The notes under the pieces were generated by a model, which saw only the letters and a program-made list of their open reading frames with translations, was not told where the DNA came from and ran no database searches. Shown here one piece after another: positions 38,905 through 52,852 of a stretch of 64,000 nucleotides of DNA. The translations under genes were made by a program, and so were the position numbers. This DNA is from Octopus vulgaris (lineage: Eukaryota). Location: positions 12,276,001 to 12,340,000 of the forward strand of contig OX597823.1 of the NCBI GenBank assembly GCA_951406725.2. The letters run 5' to 3'. Numbering within the stretch: position 1 is the first letter of the stretch; each line of letters opens with the position of its first letter.

Positions 38905-39589
38905 CAATTATCCAATAGGTTGTTAACAATTAGTTAAAACCATCCCAAAGAACAAAGAACAATATACGTATACTGTATCGATTTACATATACCAATTAAA
39001 CTGCAATTTAAACGAAGCCATCAGCTACATAGTAACTCACCTACTATGAAAGATTACTCTATGTCGAAGCAATAAAATTGGTGTGATGGAGCCAATAAAT
39101 AGATCGACTGTGAGGAAATTAAGATTCTATGGCTTAAAAAAAAAATGAAAATTTTCTTATTTAATTTTCTTCTTCTTGTGTTTGACATTTGACGAATAAT
39201 TTGGTCTGAAAGCCTTTGGGGAGAAAAATCGTTTAAAATTAGATTGTGAAACAGATTATCGATTTCTATCAGTCAACTGAAAGTAATTTAACAATAAAAA
39301 AAATGCTAAAATAAATGGGGCGGAGGGGGGGGGGAAGAAAAAAGAATAAAAAATAAAATAGAATAAGAATAGAACAAATCAAATATTGAAATAAATTAAA
39401 ATATAAATAAATGGCAAAAATATCAGTTTTAGTCGACAGTATAATTATTAATGCTAAAATATATAACTCTGTGCCAGGAGTAACTTGCAGCTGTAAGGAA
39501 CGGAAGTAGTTAAGAATTCACAAGTGGTGTTTCAGATTACTGTATTGAATTTTAACACTTGTTCCTGTGGATATAACATGGAAATAGAA

Positions 39590-39975
<386 letters not shown>

Positions 39976-40042
39976 GGAGAGAGATAGATGGTGAAAGAGG
40001 AAGGAAGAAAGAAATGGAAAGAAAGGGAGAGAGAAACTGTAC

Positions 40043-40222
40043 CTGACCTCCCATGCTGTACTCGTATTGCAGCTGACCAGCTATCATTCGTCATTGATTT
40101 CATTGTTGCTCCAACATCACGAGTGTTGGCGAAGTTCTTCTGCCCTTCGGCTCTCGTATCTTGAGAATTCCACTTGGTCAGTGGGTAAGATTCTGTACAC
40201 CTCTGCCCAGAGGATGTAAGCA
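40043..40222 (-). CDS. Candidate 180-bp internal exon of an unidentified gene
   Basis: TTTTTAAG| acceptor, CAG|GTACAG donor, open phase 1-1 frame (LTSSGQRCTESYPLTKWNSQ...VQHGRS), unique non-repetitive sequence; no recognisable domain. Confidence 0.35.
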
Positions 40223-40822
40223 CTTAAAAACAATTAGCGACAGTATGGAACATGCTGCCAAAGTTAGCGTCAATTGCGAATGATAACTGCAATGTTATAA
40301 TTATCCATCCATCCGTTCATACATCCATCAAACCATTGATCCATCCATACACATATACACACATACAGACACACGCACGCTTTCCACGCGCGCGCGCACA
40401 CACAGACGCATGCATATACATACATGTGAATACATACATGAATATACAAAGGACCGACTTAGCAGCATTAAAGGCCCCTTGGAAAATCAATGCACAGGGC
40501 CCTATAGTATTTCTTTATTGACATTAAACCAGTGCCGCACAACTTTTTGCACTTGCGGTACACTTATATTCTTTTCAAAATTCGGCGGCACATCTGAATT
40601 TAAAATATAACTCACACCTGGCATCGTCCCGTAGTGTGCCGCAGTATACCGGTTGCGGAGCACAGTACTAAGTCACAGAATACAAAGATCAGAATTGGGA
40701 ATCTGTACCCTTGAGACATCCGAGTAACTGCTACCCAATGTACCTATGTCTTAAGACGGAACTGGATGTGCATACGCATACTTATATACCCTACTATACC
40801 TTTATATATATGCATACATGGA

Positions 40823-41204
40823 TGGAAGCACTCCGTCGGTTACGACGACGAGGGTTCCGGTTGATTCGATCAACGGAACAGCCTGCTCGTGAAATTAACG
40901 TGTAAGTGGCTGAGCACTCCACAGACACGTGTACCCTTAACGTAGTTCCCGGGGATATTCAGCGTGACCCAGAGAGTGACAAAGCCGGCCCTTTGAAATA
41001 CAGGTACAACAGAAACAGGAAGTAAGAGCGAGAGAAAGTTGTGGTGAAAGAGTACAGCAGGGATCACCACCATCCCTGCCGGAGCCTCGTGGAGCTTTAG
41101 GTGTTTTCGCTCAATAAACACTCACAACGCCCGGTCTGGGAATCGAAACCGCGATCCCACGACCGCGAGTCCGCTGCCCTAACCACTGGGCCATTGTGCC
41201 TCCA
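40823..41204 (-). mobile_element. SINE family B, full length
   Basis: Reverse complement of 23668-24052; TSD ATGCATACAT. Confidence 0.92.
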
Positions 41205-41339
41205 CATGCATACATACGTATATACATACAATAGATAGATAGATTGCTAAAGAGATGCCTTAATAGACAGATAAGTAGGTATATAGATAAATGGAAAGTG
41301 AGATAGATTATTAGACAAATAGACAGATTACTGTAGCTG

Positions 41340-42350
41340 CAGTCGGGCTTTTCGTGTTTCCAAGAATCTCAATATGTTTTTGATTGAAACGTTCCTCAAT
41401 GCTGATGGCGTTGATGAGTGAGACTAACCCACGCATGAAATGGGTGGGAACAAAGATAGCAAGTGAGATTTAGCAGGGGATGGTCGTTATCGTACTTGCA
41501 TCTTGTATTCTTTGCTATTTTCTTCAACTTTTGTTGTCCTCAAGACTTCAGAAAAGTCAATTCCGATGGCGAGAAACTGAAAACATTTGGAGCGATTCTG
41601 GATTTCAGTTTCCCCACCTGCTTCTCTCAATTTCAGTCAGTTCCAGAGTTGACATTAGTTGGCTTTTGTAATGGCAGAAAGAACAATGCCGTGATATTTT
41701 CCGTTATCAATTTACTGTAGAAGATTTCACGAGGGTATCTCTCTCTTATCATCTTTGATTCTGTACCCATCTTTTTTTATGTTTAAGTAGCTTCGGAGCT
41801 TTTGCTCATGAAAGTGCCTCAGCTATCTTGATGTCTCGACATTCCAACAATAGAATGTGTGTTTCATAAATGTATGATAGTATTGAGATAATGACAGCTT
41901 GATAACCAATTACATTCGGGTTTTTTTTTCATTCATTTCTATAGTGAACTCTTCATTCTTGACACATTTTACCACTTTTTCAAATGCTGAATGAACAAAT
42001 CCAATTCTGTGTTCCACATTCTTTTCATGAAATTAATTTACTAGAAAGAACTTATTCAACGTAGAAAAAGTAATCAACTTGGTCGAGTTACGCATCAAAG
42101 ACAACAATGCTGTCTTCGGAGCTGGTTGGACGAGCATATCTTGATATTTATTGTGAGACCGAAGCAAACCTGTACATCGATGCATGTTGTTGGATGATTT
42201 TCGGAGTTTCCAATGTGATACAGATTAGCGTTGCTATCTGTGCACTGAAGCTTTGGAATACATACATTGGATGTTAGCTAGTCAATGAGATCGAAATCAG
42301 ATCTCATTAAATACTTCACCATCAAAAGCATCAAATGGATATCTAATTTT
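41340..42350 (-). pseudogene. Probable decayed hAT-type transposase fragment
   Basis: Coding-like composition with many stops; the end loosely resembles the hAT dimerisation region. By-eye inference only. Confidence 0.3.
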
Positions 42351-42401
42351 CATGTCTGGATTCTCTAGAGGAAATTTATACACACATACATTCATACATA
42401 C

Positions 42402-42900
42402 ACGGTGGCTGCCCCCTCGTTATCAAATATGGCCATGGCACGAAGCTTAATCAATGTTGTTATCATGCAATGCCTGTGCAAGATTTTTTTAAAGTGAGGA
42501 AAGGCTGTGCACAGAGTCAATCCCACTCACTAAGCAACAGCAGCCATAATCCGAAAACAAGAACAAGTCAATATCATCGGTAACCACTGAGCCGCAGGTT
42601 TTATGTCGGAGTTATCCCAGTTACCTGAGTTACCTTCTCCTAGAGGGATGCCCTAACAAAGGCTAGGAGTCCTCACTCCCAATGGTTTAACCGCGCGATC
42701 AGGTATTCAGTCCGATTATTTCTATGTTCCCGCGCATGATACATCCTTAAGACATTTATTGGATGGCCGTTGACTCTCAAGAGTTCCCCCGCCCTTTGAC
42801 GGGTTTTCTTTTTCATCCCGCAGGGTGTCCAATAAACACCCTCCTCGCCAAGCAAGCTTGGTGGGGTTGCCGGTTTAGTCGCCGACGACCCGACCACGCA
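42402..42900 (-). mobile_element. RTE-like 5'UTR / non-autonomous element (degenerate partner at ~46660-46830)
   Basis: GC-rich GGCAACCCCACC...GAGGAGGGTG..ATTGGACACCC and CTAGGAGAAGG.AACTC...AAACC motifs, which recall RTE 5' regions; a second partial copy is in the window. Confidence 0.5.
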
Positions 42901-43008
42901 ACATAGTACATACATACATACATACATACATACAGACATACATACATACATATATACATACATTCCTATCTACCTATCTACTTACCGAGGTTTCTGTCCC
43001 GCTATATA

Positions 43009-44262
43009 TTAGTTTGTTTCACTTGAAATGTCGTATTTTTAAATGTTATTTCAGTCATTTAAAAACTAAATTATGTACACTTTGCATTTAATCTTGACTC
43101 TTTTTCTTTCCCAACAATATTGGTATACAAAATTCTTTCCCGTGGACCTCATGAAAATGATAACAACCAAACTATGTTGAGTCATTTTCTCGTATGAGTA
43201 AAAACTGGGTTACTCTGCCGCAGATGCTCAACGGAATATCAATCGGGCCTTTGGTAATGGTTTTGTTGACATCAGAACTGTCTAGAGGTGGTTCCAAAGC
43301 TCTCGTTCAGGAGATGATAGCCTTGAAAATAAACCAAGGGGTAGGCCAAAATAAGTTATTCGGCACGATGGATTAAATGCTTTGTTTGAACAAGATCCGA
43401 GAACAAAGGTTCGAAAACTTTCATCAGAATTCTAAACATCTCGCACAACTGTTTTTGGACACCTGTTAAAAACTGGAAAAGTCAAGAAAACAGATTAGGT
43501 TTGTTCCACATCAACTGAACGATATAAAATAATAATAATAAAGGGACGCCTTGAAGTGTGCTCCTTATTGCTTTCTCGACTGGAAAAAGACCATTTTTGC
43601 ATCAGATCATTACTTGTGGTAAGAAATGGATACTCGTTGACAACAGCAGGAGAACAGGACAGTGATTAGATGCAGGAGAGTCACATATACCCTACCCAAA
43701 ACCACCATTGCACTCTAAAATGTTAGCGGTCACTCTATGGTTGTCTGCGAAGGGAGTTATTCATTATTTATTTTTGCAACATGGAAAAGCGGTAACAGCA
43801 ACATCGTACCGCCAGGAAATTGATTGTATGCATGAGGAGTTGTAAAAGAAGCAACCCAGACTAGTGAATAGGGATGGCCCAATTTTGTTCCACGTCAATG
43901 CACGTCATCACACTCCTCAAGCTACGGTCCAAAAGTTGCAAAGCCTGAATTATGAGATTTTGCAGAATCTTCCTTGTTCCCTTGATGTCTCTCCTACTGA
44001 TCATCACTTATTTAAGCATTTTTAGCTTTTCATAAGCAATAAAACATATTTAAATAGAGAAGACGTAATTGAAACATTCGGACAGTTTATCACAGCAAAA
44101 GATAAATTAAAAAAGAAAAGATGGAATATATGACATAGAGAAACATTGGGTAAATGTCATAAATGAACATGGATCATAATTTGATTAAATAAATCAATTC
44201 TCTAACACTTCTGAAACATTTCATTGTTTCCTTTCAAACACATTTCATGAGAAACAACCTAA
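43009..44262 (+). mobile_element. Full-length decayed mariner (DD34D) transposon
   Basis: TIRs TTAG(T/G)TTGTTTC.C.TGAAATGT with TA TSDs. Broken motifs: RNINRAFG, RWFQ..RSGD, VPHQL, IITC(G)KKWIL, LFH(V)NARHH, LPCSLDVSPTDHHLF (HPPYSPDL position); 1254 bp. Confidence 0.9.
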
Positions 44263-44275
44263 TATATACATATTT

Positions 44276-44327
<52 letters not shown>

Positions 44328-44339
44328 GTGTATGTATGT

Positions 44340-44371
<32 letters not shown>

Positions 44372-44389
44372 GTGTGTGTATGTGTGTAA

Positions 44390-44690
44390 AGGTACATGGC
44401 TCAGTGGTTAGGGTGTTGCAGTCACGATTGCGAAATCACATGTTCGATACCCAGACCGAGCGTTGCGTTGTGTTATTGGGTAAAGCACTGCATTTCGCAT
44501 TGCTCGGCGATCATCTCGTCATCTGGTTTTTATGTGGCACCCGTTTCACCCGTACACGTAATGTCGATTTGATGGTAGGAGTGAGCTTATGTGAACACAA
44601 ACATTTGATCACTATAAGCAAATCCTCTGTGTGGTTGTTCGACAAGAAACTGCCGAACCCTCATACGTCGTCTAACGACGGGAGAGTTCA
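44390..44690 (+). mobile_element. tRNA-derived SINE (group B-related, degenerate)
   Basis: CATGGCTCAGTGGTTAGGG...GTTCGATACCCAGACCG head; ends at CGTCGTCTAACGACGGGAG. Confidence 0.7.
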
Positions 44691-44694
44691 TGAC

Positions 44695-45060
44695 GTATGT
44701 ATGTATGTATGTATGTATGTATGTATGTATGTATGTATGTATGCATGTATGTATGTATGTAAGTAAGTATGTATGTATGCATGTATGTATGTATGCAGGT
44801 ATGTGTGTATGTATGTATGTATGCATGCATGTAGGTATGTGTGTATGTATGTATGTATGTATGTATGTATGTATCCATGTATGTATGTATGTAGGTATGT
44901 ATGTATGCAGGTATGTGTGTATGTATGTATGTATGTATGCATGCATGTAGGTATGTATGTATGTAAGTAAGTATGTATGTATGTATGTATGTATGTATGT
45001 ATGTATGTTTGTGTGTGTGTATGTATGAATATGTGAGTGCGTGTATATGTATGTAATGTG
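44695..45060. repeat. (TATG)n tract
   Basis: Direct reading. Confidence 0.95.
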
Positions 45061-45454
45061 CAACACTTCGGGTGTCAGAAAGAGTGAAAATCGAATTAAT
45101 CTTTACAAAAGATTTACTATGGGTTAAATTATAACGTAAGCATATTACATAGAGCTTATATTATTTCATATTGAGAGATTGATTCACGATAAAAATAATT
45201 TTAAATGCTAAAAACGACAGGGATTTTATTCCTCATACACGTGAAACTTAATTCGAATCTATAAATCAAACAGACATAATGTACTCTCTCGTTGACTTTT
45301 GTATATGAGGATTTAACCGGATTACTTTTTATTTCTTTTGTTTTCGTTCTGATATCTATGTCGCTTATGAGACTTTAATCTAGCCAGCGATTTACAGACA
45401 GGTCACCGATTGGAGATAAGAAAATATTGTTACACAAATCAACTGGCATGTTTG

Positions 45455-46000
45455 TTCAAGACTTTCTGTTTATCCTTATATTTAAGAGATGAAGAATTAT
45501 GCACATTATTTACATTATTTACATTTGACGGATATTTGTCCTCATCTCGTTTGTTGTTAAACACAACGTTTTGGCTGATATACCCTCCACCTTCAAGCTC
45601 GCTTTGTATTTGATCTTGTAACTTTGCCACGGTTTTCCTACAGTTATTCTTACATTAAATATTAAGCAATGCCAATAAATTAATCAAACAAAAGCATACA
45701 AACATGCAAACTGCAGGCTTTAGTATCTATGAATCATATGTAGCCTGGATTTTATCAACATACGCACACACATGTAGTGTATGTATTTACATTTGACGGA
45801 TATTTGTCCTCATCTCGTTTGTTGTTAAACACAACGTTTTGGCTGATATACCCTCCAGCCTTCATCAGGTGTCGTGGGGCCCATGGTCATATGGCGTAAT
45901 GGTTAAGAGCACGAGCCAAGAATCCGGGTTAATAATAATAATAATAACATCGAAAAATACCTTAGGAATGAGAACCCAGGTTCGAAATTTCCCCAAGATA
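45455..46000. mobile_element. Cluster of Penelope-like terminal fragments (two minus, one plus)
   Basis: 45455-45595 and 45786-45875 (minus) and 45930-46000 (plus, after (AAT)n) all match 21580-21730. Confidence 0.72.
45828..45873 (-). ncRNA. Minimal type I hammerhead motif (G12 mutated to A)
   Basis: Reverse complement: GACAC-CTGATGA-A-GGCTGG-AGGGTATA-TCAGCC-AAAA-CGTT-GTGTT; palindromic AACGTT stem III. Confidence 0.62.
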
Positions 46001-46431
46001 ATGGATAATTTACTATTTCCGAGGTTTCAGTAGCTATGAATCATATGTAGCCTGGATTTTATCAACATACGCACACACACACACACACGTGGTGTGTGTA
46101 TGAAGCAAGATCTCTGGTTTCGAAATGAGGTGGATGTGATTTCGGAATGCACATATATTTAGGCAATAGAAATGTAATTTCTCTAAGCAAGCTATTTAAT
46201 CTTTAAAGTGTACAAGAACTAAATAGATTGTTGGTGGGTGTGTAATAAGAACATGTCAGACGATTAAACAACCTTGAAGAATTAGGAGAAAGTATATCAA
46301 ATAAGGAATATACAGTTATTTTTATCACATGATAATGCGTGGAACAATTTGATTACTCTATTCACCACGTCAGCCACTGTTGAAGTAAAAACAGCTACTA
46401 GTTTATTGGAAAGGTATATCTGCTACAAACA

Positions 46432-46463
<32 letters not shown>

Positions 46464-46889
46464 CATACCTACATACCTTATCCTTGATCATAAAGACATG
46501 GCTGCCAGCACTGCCTTTGCTAAAATTTTAAGTCAAAAACAGCTTACACTACATCACTAAGACCTTAACCTAAAAAACAAGAAATCCAGAAACAAACAGA
46601 AGCAAGATCTCTGGTTTCGAAATGAGGTGGATGTGATTTCGGAATTTCCTTCTCCAAATTCGAGGGGTCTCTAACTAGTAGATTTTGAAGGCCTTTGGTT
46701 CTACTGTGTTATTACGTCCTTTGGCAGGTACTTATCTTTTATCCAACCGGGTGTCCAATGAAAACCACCCTCCTCAACTAGCAGGCTTAGATTGGTTTCT
46801 GGCTTATTTACCAGCGGTTATCTAACACAAATACATACAAAATACATACGTACATACAAACATATATACAGGAATTCACATACATATAT

Positions 46890-47046
46890 ACGACGGGCTT
46901 CTTTCAGTTTCCGTCTACCAAATCCGCTCACAAGTCTTTGGTGGGTATGAGGCTATAGTAGAAGACACTTGCCCGAGGTGCCCGCAGTGGGATAAACCTG
47001 GAACCATGTGGTTCCTAAGAAATACCACACGGCCACTCCTACGCCT
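46890..47046 (-). mobile_element. SINE family A, 5' half
   Basis: CGACGGGCTTCTTTCAGTTTCCGTCTACC...GCCACTCCTACGCCT. Confidence 0.85.
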
Positions 47047-47148
47047 AGGCTCCTACGATAGGCTGAAAAAAGTTAGTTTCACGTGTATGTGGAAAAAATC
47101 CTTATCGTTTTTAGCATTTAAAATTATATGTATATCTATCTATCTCTC

Positions 47149-47180
<32 letters not shown>

Positions 47181-47206
47181 TACGTACATGTATATATACA
47201 TATACG

Positions 47207-47252
<46 letters not shown>

Positions 47253-48372
47253 TATACATGTATATATGTTGTGTGTGTGTGTATACTACACACATACATA
47301 GTGTATATATTAGTGAAGTGAACTGCTACTATTCGACCATTTTGAATATGAGTAGTCGTATGAATATCCTCAATCACTTCATTCTTTCTCCATTGTCATT
47401 GATTTCTCCGACTGACTTCAGCCGAAAGATGTCACATATGAAGATTACTATCAAGACAGCCACTGAATTATAACGTATTCTTTCATTATCAACAAACAAA
47501 TCCTGTCACTCTTCCCACCGGAATTGCTGCAATTACTATCTATTGATCTACACCAGAGCACTGGCTACAGCTATTACGAATTATCGAACTAATTAACGCT
47601 AAATTTCGCTTTATGTTGTTGATTTTCCTCTAGGGTAGGAATTTATGTATGAAATTATTTAAATGACTGGATGAAATAAAGGATGCAATGGCCGCTGAGA
47701 TACATCATATGTCATCCATGTTGATGTAAAGCTTAAATGCGTTACCGTTCACATCGTTTCGATGCAAAAGGAAACGAAAATGTGGAAGGGAAAGCATTTA
47801 TAACTTCTTCCCTTTAAAATAAAATCACTTAGTTCAAGATAGTGATGAAGTTTCTATGTGGTCGTTCGAACTGCTAGAAACATACACCAAATCACTCTGA
47901 AGTCATCCCCTCCGTGTTAAAATTTCCTGCAAATGAATGAATGGAATACTCAATGTTCCCAGCTTGACAGACCTCCGACGGTAAATGTGTTCGTTGAGTG
48001 TTCACCTCAGGTAAACCGCAGTACTAAAAAGAACTTGTTCATCATCAAATCCACTACTGTTGCTATTATTACTACAACGACTCCCACCTCAATTACATTA
48101 TCAACAACCACATTAGCAGTCACTGCATATATTAGAACTAGTGCAAACGTATTCACGTGGTCGTCCAACCTGCTAAAAATAGAAACCAGTCCTTCTCAAG
48201 TCAAACAGCTTCTGTCTCAAAGGGCGGGCGTATTGAAAAATTTGAACCAGATATATGATGTCTGTGAAAAAATAAAAAAAAAATAAAAGAATCATTATAC
48301 CTATAATGTATCAGACCACAAATCTGCTCGATCGAAGCTGAAATAGAGTTGCTTGGCATATAAATTCACATG

Positions 48373-48752
48373 TGGAGGCGCAATGACCCAGTGGTTAGGG
48401 CAGCGGACTCGCAGTCATAGGATCGCGGTTTCGATTCCCAGACCGGGCGTTGTGAGTGTTTATTGAGTGAAAACACCTAAAAGCTCCACGAGCCTCCGGC
48501 AGGGGATGGTGGTGATCCCTGCTGTATTCTTTCACCACAACTTTCTCTCACTCTTAGTTCCTGTTTCTGTTGTACCTGTATTTCAAAGGGCCGGCCTTGT
48601 CACTCTCTGTGTCACGCTGAATATCCCCGAGAACTACGTTAAGGGTGCACGTGTCTGTGGAGTGCTCAGCCACTTACACGTTAATTTCACGAGCAGGCTG
48701 TTCCGTTGATCTGATCAACCGGAACCCTCATCGTCGTAGCCGACGGAGTGCT
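48373..48752 (+). mobile_element. SINE family B, full length
   Basis: TSD ATAAATTCACAT. Confidence 0.92.
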
Positions 48753-50010
48753 AGAGAGAGATAAATTCACATTTGCTGTTTCTGAGCTGAAATCCTAAGC
48801 GCATAACAGTGGAAGATTATTAGAAAAAATTTCATGAGATTGAGTTCATATATGCTGTACATATCGTATCTCGTTTGTTGAATTCAGAACTTACTTTATT
48901 ATGTTTCACCTTTTAAATATGTCACTATTAACAATGCTACTATATATTTTTACTGTTACTTCCCAGCCAGGTGACACATAAGCTCTGATTGAGAACAGGG
49001 CATGATACTACTGACCGGGGTGGTTCGGTAGTACAATGCTCGAACTCAGCTCTACAGTCTTATTAAGCGCTCTCTAATTATATCTGTCGCTTCTTGCAAC
49101 AATGTTTATAGTATATATACGCATATAAGTTAATTGCATCTAAAAAATACAAACAACGTAATTACTGCTTTCCTTTCTTCTGAAGCATCTTTTAATGTTA
49201 CATTTTCTGCCGGTAGCTTATCTCATTAACGACTCTGCTAACTTAAGCTAGTCTTCCTCCGTTTGCACACACACACTTTAACTCTTAAATATACCAACAA
49301 AACATATGCACACCCAAATTCATAGTCAAAAGATACGAGCTTATTTCGACCTGTCGACACATACGCAATTCTTATGAATTACAAGGACCATCCGCAATGG
49401 ATTCTTGACAAGTATTTTCAACGGTCATTCAACTGTATATTTTTCCATGTGCCCACACATAGATGCATACACACACACTCACGCACATACATATAGACAT
49501 AATCACTGGCACACAGGCACACACATATGCATGCATACACATATTTTGAGAGAAAGAATATTCAATATGTAATGTGTGTTTATTTGTTCAGGGTTGGCGA
49601 GCCTTTCTGGTGAACTTTGGGAGAAAGTAGCAACGGAGAACATGATGTGTTTATTTATGTGTAGGGTAAACAAGATTTATGTTTCCCAACTTTCTGTTAC
49701 ATTCAATGAGCGTGATCAACCATTTTGTGCATATTACGGTTATTTTAATTTTTAATACCCATTCTTAAAAAAGCCGTAAAGTTAGCAGAATCGTTATCGG
49801 GTCGCGCAAAATACTTAATATCTTTGCATCCGTATTCACATACGGGGTTCAAATTCCGCCGACGTCGACTTTGCATTTCACGCTTTTGGAGTCGATAAAA
49901 TAAGTACCAGTTGATCACTGGGGTCGATGTTAACTGACTTACCCCCTCCTCGGAAATTGCTGGCCTTTTACCGAAATGTATGTGTGTGTATACATGCTTG
50001 CTTAAATAAT

Positions 50011-50047
<37 letters not shown>

Positions 50048-50088
50048 AATATATATATATATTTATATAATCTATATATGATTTATCT

Positions 50089-50330
50089 ATACGTCGCCCG
50101 GCTCACCGATAATCGGTGGACGCACGCAATTGTCGAGTGGTACCCGCGTGAGCGGAAAAGACCACCCAGAAGACCTCCACGACGGTGGAGTGACGATTTC
50201 AAGAGGACGATTGGGATCAAGTGGATGAGAAAGGCGCGGTCCAGAGAGGAGTGGACAGCGTGCTGTGACCAGCGGTGTCAAATGGACGCCTGACGGACTT
50301 GTCGGTCAAAGTGAAGTGAAGTGAAAGTGA
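50089..50330 (+). mobile_element. 3' end of an RTE-clade LINE (5'-truncated)
   Basis: VARLTDNRWTHAIVEWYPRERKRPPRRPPRRWSDDF...WMRKARSREEW, short 3' UTR, (GTGAA)n tail, TSD TATATGATTTAT. Confidence 0.88.
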
Positions 50331-50630
50331 TATATGATTTATACATGCACGCGCGCACACACACTGACACTCACATGTCTGTATATGTCTATCCAAACGC
50401 ATATGTACAGATGTTGATTGCTTCTCTGTGGTCTTTTATTACATAAACTCATACAAATATTATTTTAAATATTAATAGCATTTTTCAGAACAAGAAAGGG
50501 AATAATAAAATTAACTTAAAACAGAAAAGATTTCATGTGCAACTTTAAATGATTTAAGAGCTGTAAGTAGACTTCTGAGTCGGTCTTCTTTTTAATTACA
50601 CCCATATATATATATATAAATGTATATATA

Positions 50631-50679
<49 letters not shown>

Positions 50680-50689
50680 GTATATATAT

Positions 50690-50921
50690 ATTTCTTTATT
50701 ACCCACAAGGGGCTAAACATAGAGGGGACAAACAAGGACAGACAAACGGATTAAGTCGATTATATCGACCCCAGTGTGTAACTGGTACTTAATTTATCGA
50801 CCCCGAAAGGATGAATGGTAAAGTCGACCTCGGCGGAATTTGAACTCAGAATGTAACGGCAGACAAAGTACGGCTACGCATTTCGCCCGGCGCGCTAACG
50901 TGTCTGCCGGCTCGCCGCCTT
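50690..50921 (-). mobile_element. SINE family C, monomer
   Basis: Reverse complement of 63547-63780. Confidence 0.9.
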
Positions 50922-50935
50922 TATATACATGTATG

Positions 50936-50974
<39 letters not shown>

Positions 50975-50975
<1 letters not shown>

Positions 50976-51281
50976 AAGACGCATAAGATCGTGAGGCTGT
51001 GAGTTCGAATCCCGGACCGGGCTGCGTGTTATGTTCTTGAGCAAGACGCTTTATTTCACGTTGCTCCAATTCACTCAGCTGTAGAAATGAGCTGCGACGT
51101 CACAGGTGCCAAGCTCTATCGGCCTTTGCCTTTCCCTTGGATAACACTGGTGGCGTGGATAGGGGAGGCTGGTATGCATGGGAGACTGCTGGTCATCCAT
51201 AAGCAACTTTGCTCGGACTTCTGCCTGGGAGGTAACTTTCAATGTGCAATCCCATGGTCATTCATTACGGAAGGGGGTCTC
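50975..51281 (+). mobile_element. tRNA-derived SINE (same family as 35368-35710), 5'-clipped
   Basis: GAGTTCGAATCCCGGACCGGGC...GGAGGTAACTTTC...GAAGGGGGTCTC. Confidence 0.82.
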
Positions 51282-51979
51282 AGCATATATATGTATATAA
51301 ACCTGATTAATTTGTGTTATATAATTATGCAAGCATATGCATGTATATGTGTGAGTGTATGAGTATGTATGTATGTATGTATGTATGTATGTATGTATGT
51401 ATGTATGTATGTATGCATGTATGTATATATGTATGTTTGTATGTGTGTATGTATGTATTATGTATGTGATGAAAAGTTCTTCCCAAATCTACAGCTCAGA
51501 GACTCTATGGCGTATAGATTTCCCCGTTGGATTAGATAGCTGTTCGTCGCGAGCCGTGTGGACCAACGTGATATGAGCTGTTTTGCTCAAGAACATCAAC
51601 CCATTGCCCAGTCTAGGTATCGAAACTACAATCTTACGATCATAATTGCAACAACTTAACCACGAAGCTACGTACCTCCACACACGCATACGCCGTTCAA
51701 GAATTTGGACCTGGAGATCTCCATTTCCAGCGACTTCGAGGACCACCTCCCAGTGGTGTCGGGCGTCAACGAAGAGCCCTCGACTACAGCAAGACGACCA
51801 AAGTTTTTTTTCTCCAAGGTCTGGGGTCTCCCGCCCCTAAGCCCTTGACCATCACCTAATCACCCTTACCCGTCTTGTTGCTTAACAACAACTACACACA
51901 CATACACTCCTAAGCACGTACACTTATATATATTCGTACATATTTATATATCAAATACATTTATATATAAAACAGGTGT

Positions 51980-52204
51980 TTTTTACTCTTTTACTCTTTT
52001 ACTTGTTTCAGTCATTTGACTGCGGCCATGCTGGAGCACCGCCTTTAATCGAGTAACTCGACCCCGGGACTTATTCTTTTGTAAGCCCAGTACTTATTAT
52101 ATCGGTCTCTTTTGCCGAACCGCTAAGTAACGGGGACATAAACACATCAGCATCGGTTATCAAGCAATGCTAGGGGGACAAACACAGACACACAAACACA
52201 CACA

Positions 52205-52272
<68 letters not shown>

Positions 52273-52437
52273 TACGACGGGCTTCTTTCAGTTTCCGTCT
52301 ACCAAATCCACTCACAAGGCTTTGGTCGGCCCGAGGCTATAGTAGAAGACACTTGCCCGAGGTGCCACGCAGTGGGACTGAACCCGGAACCATGTGGTTG
52401 GTAAACAAGCTACTTACCACACAGCCACTCCTGCGCC
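51980..52437 (-). mobile_element. SINE family A, full length
   Basis: Reverse complement of 20566-20997. Confidence 0.92.
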
Positions 52438-52745
52438 TCCTGTGTATATATGTATATATAAATGCATGCATATAGTTACATAATGAGTTTGTTGTATGAT
52501 GACGAGGCAGATTAATTTCACCTGAGTTGTTTTCGCTGCTAGCTACCTTCGGCTGCTGCTGCTGCGGCTACTGCTGCTGCTACTGCTGCTGCTGCTGCTT
52601 GTACTGTTGCAGCTCTTTCTGTTATTGTAGTTGATGCTATTGTACAGCTTGTGTTGCGAATCACGAAGCTGCTCACAACTCGGAGACCACCACCACCACC
52701 ACCACCGCAACTACAGCTGCCGCTACTACTCCTACAACAACAACA

Positions 52746-52785
<40 letters not shown>

Positions 52786-52802
52786 TTACCACTACTACTA
52801 GA

Positions 52803-52852
<50 letters not shown>

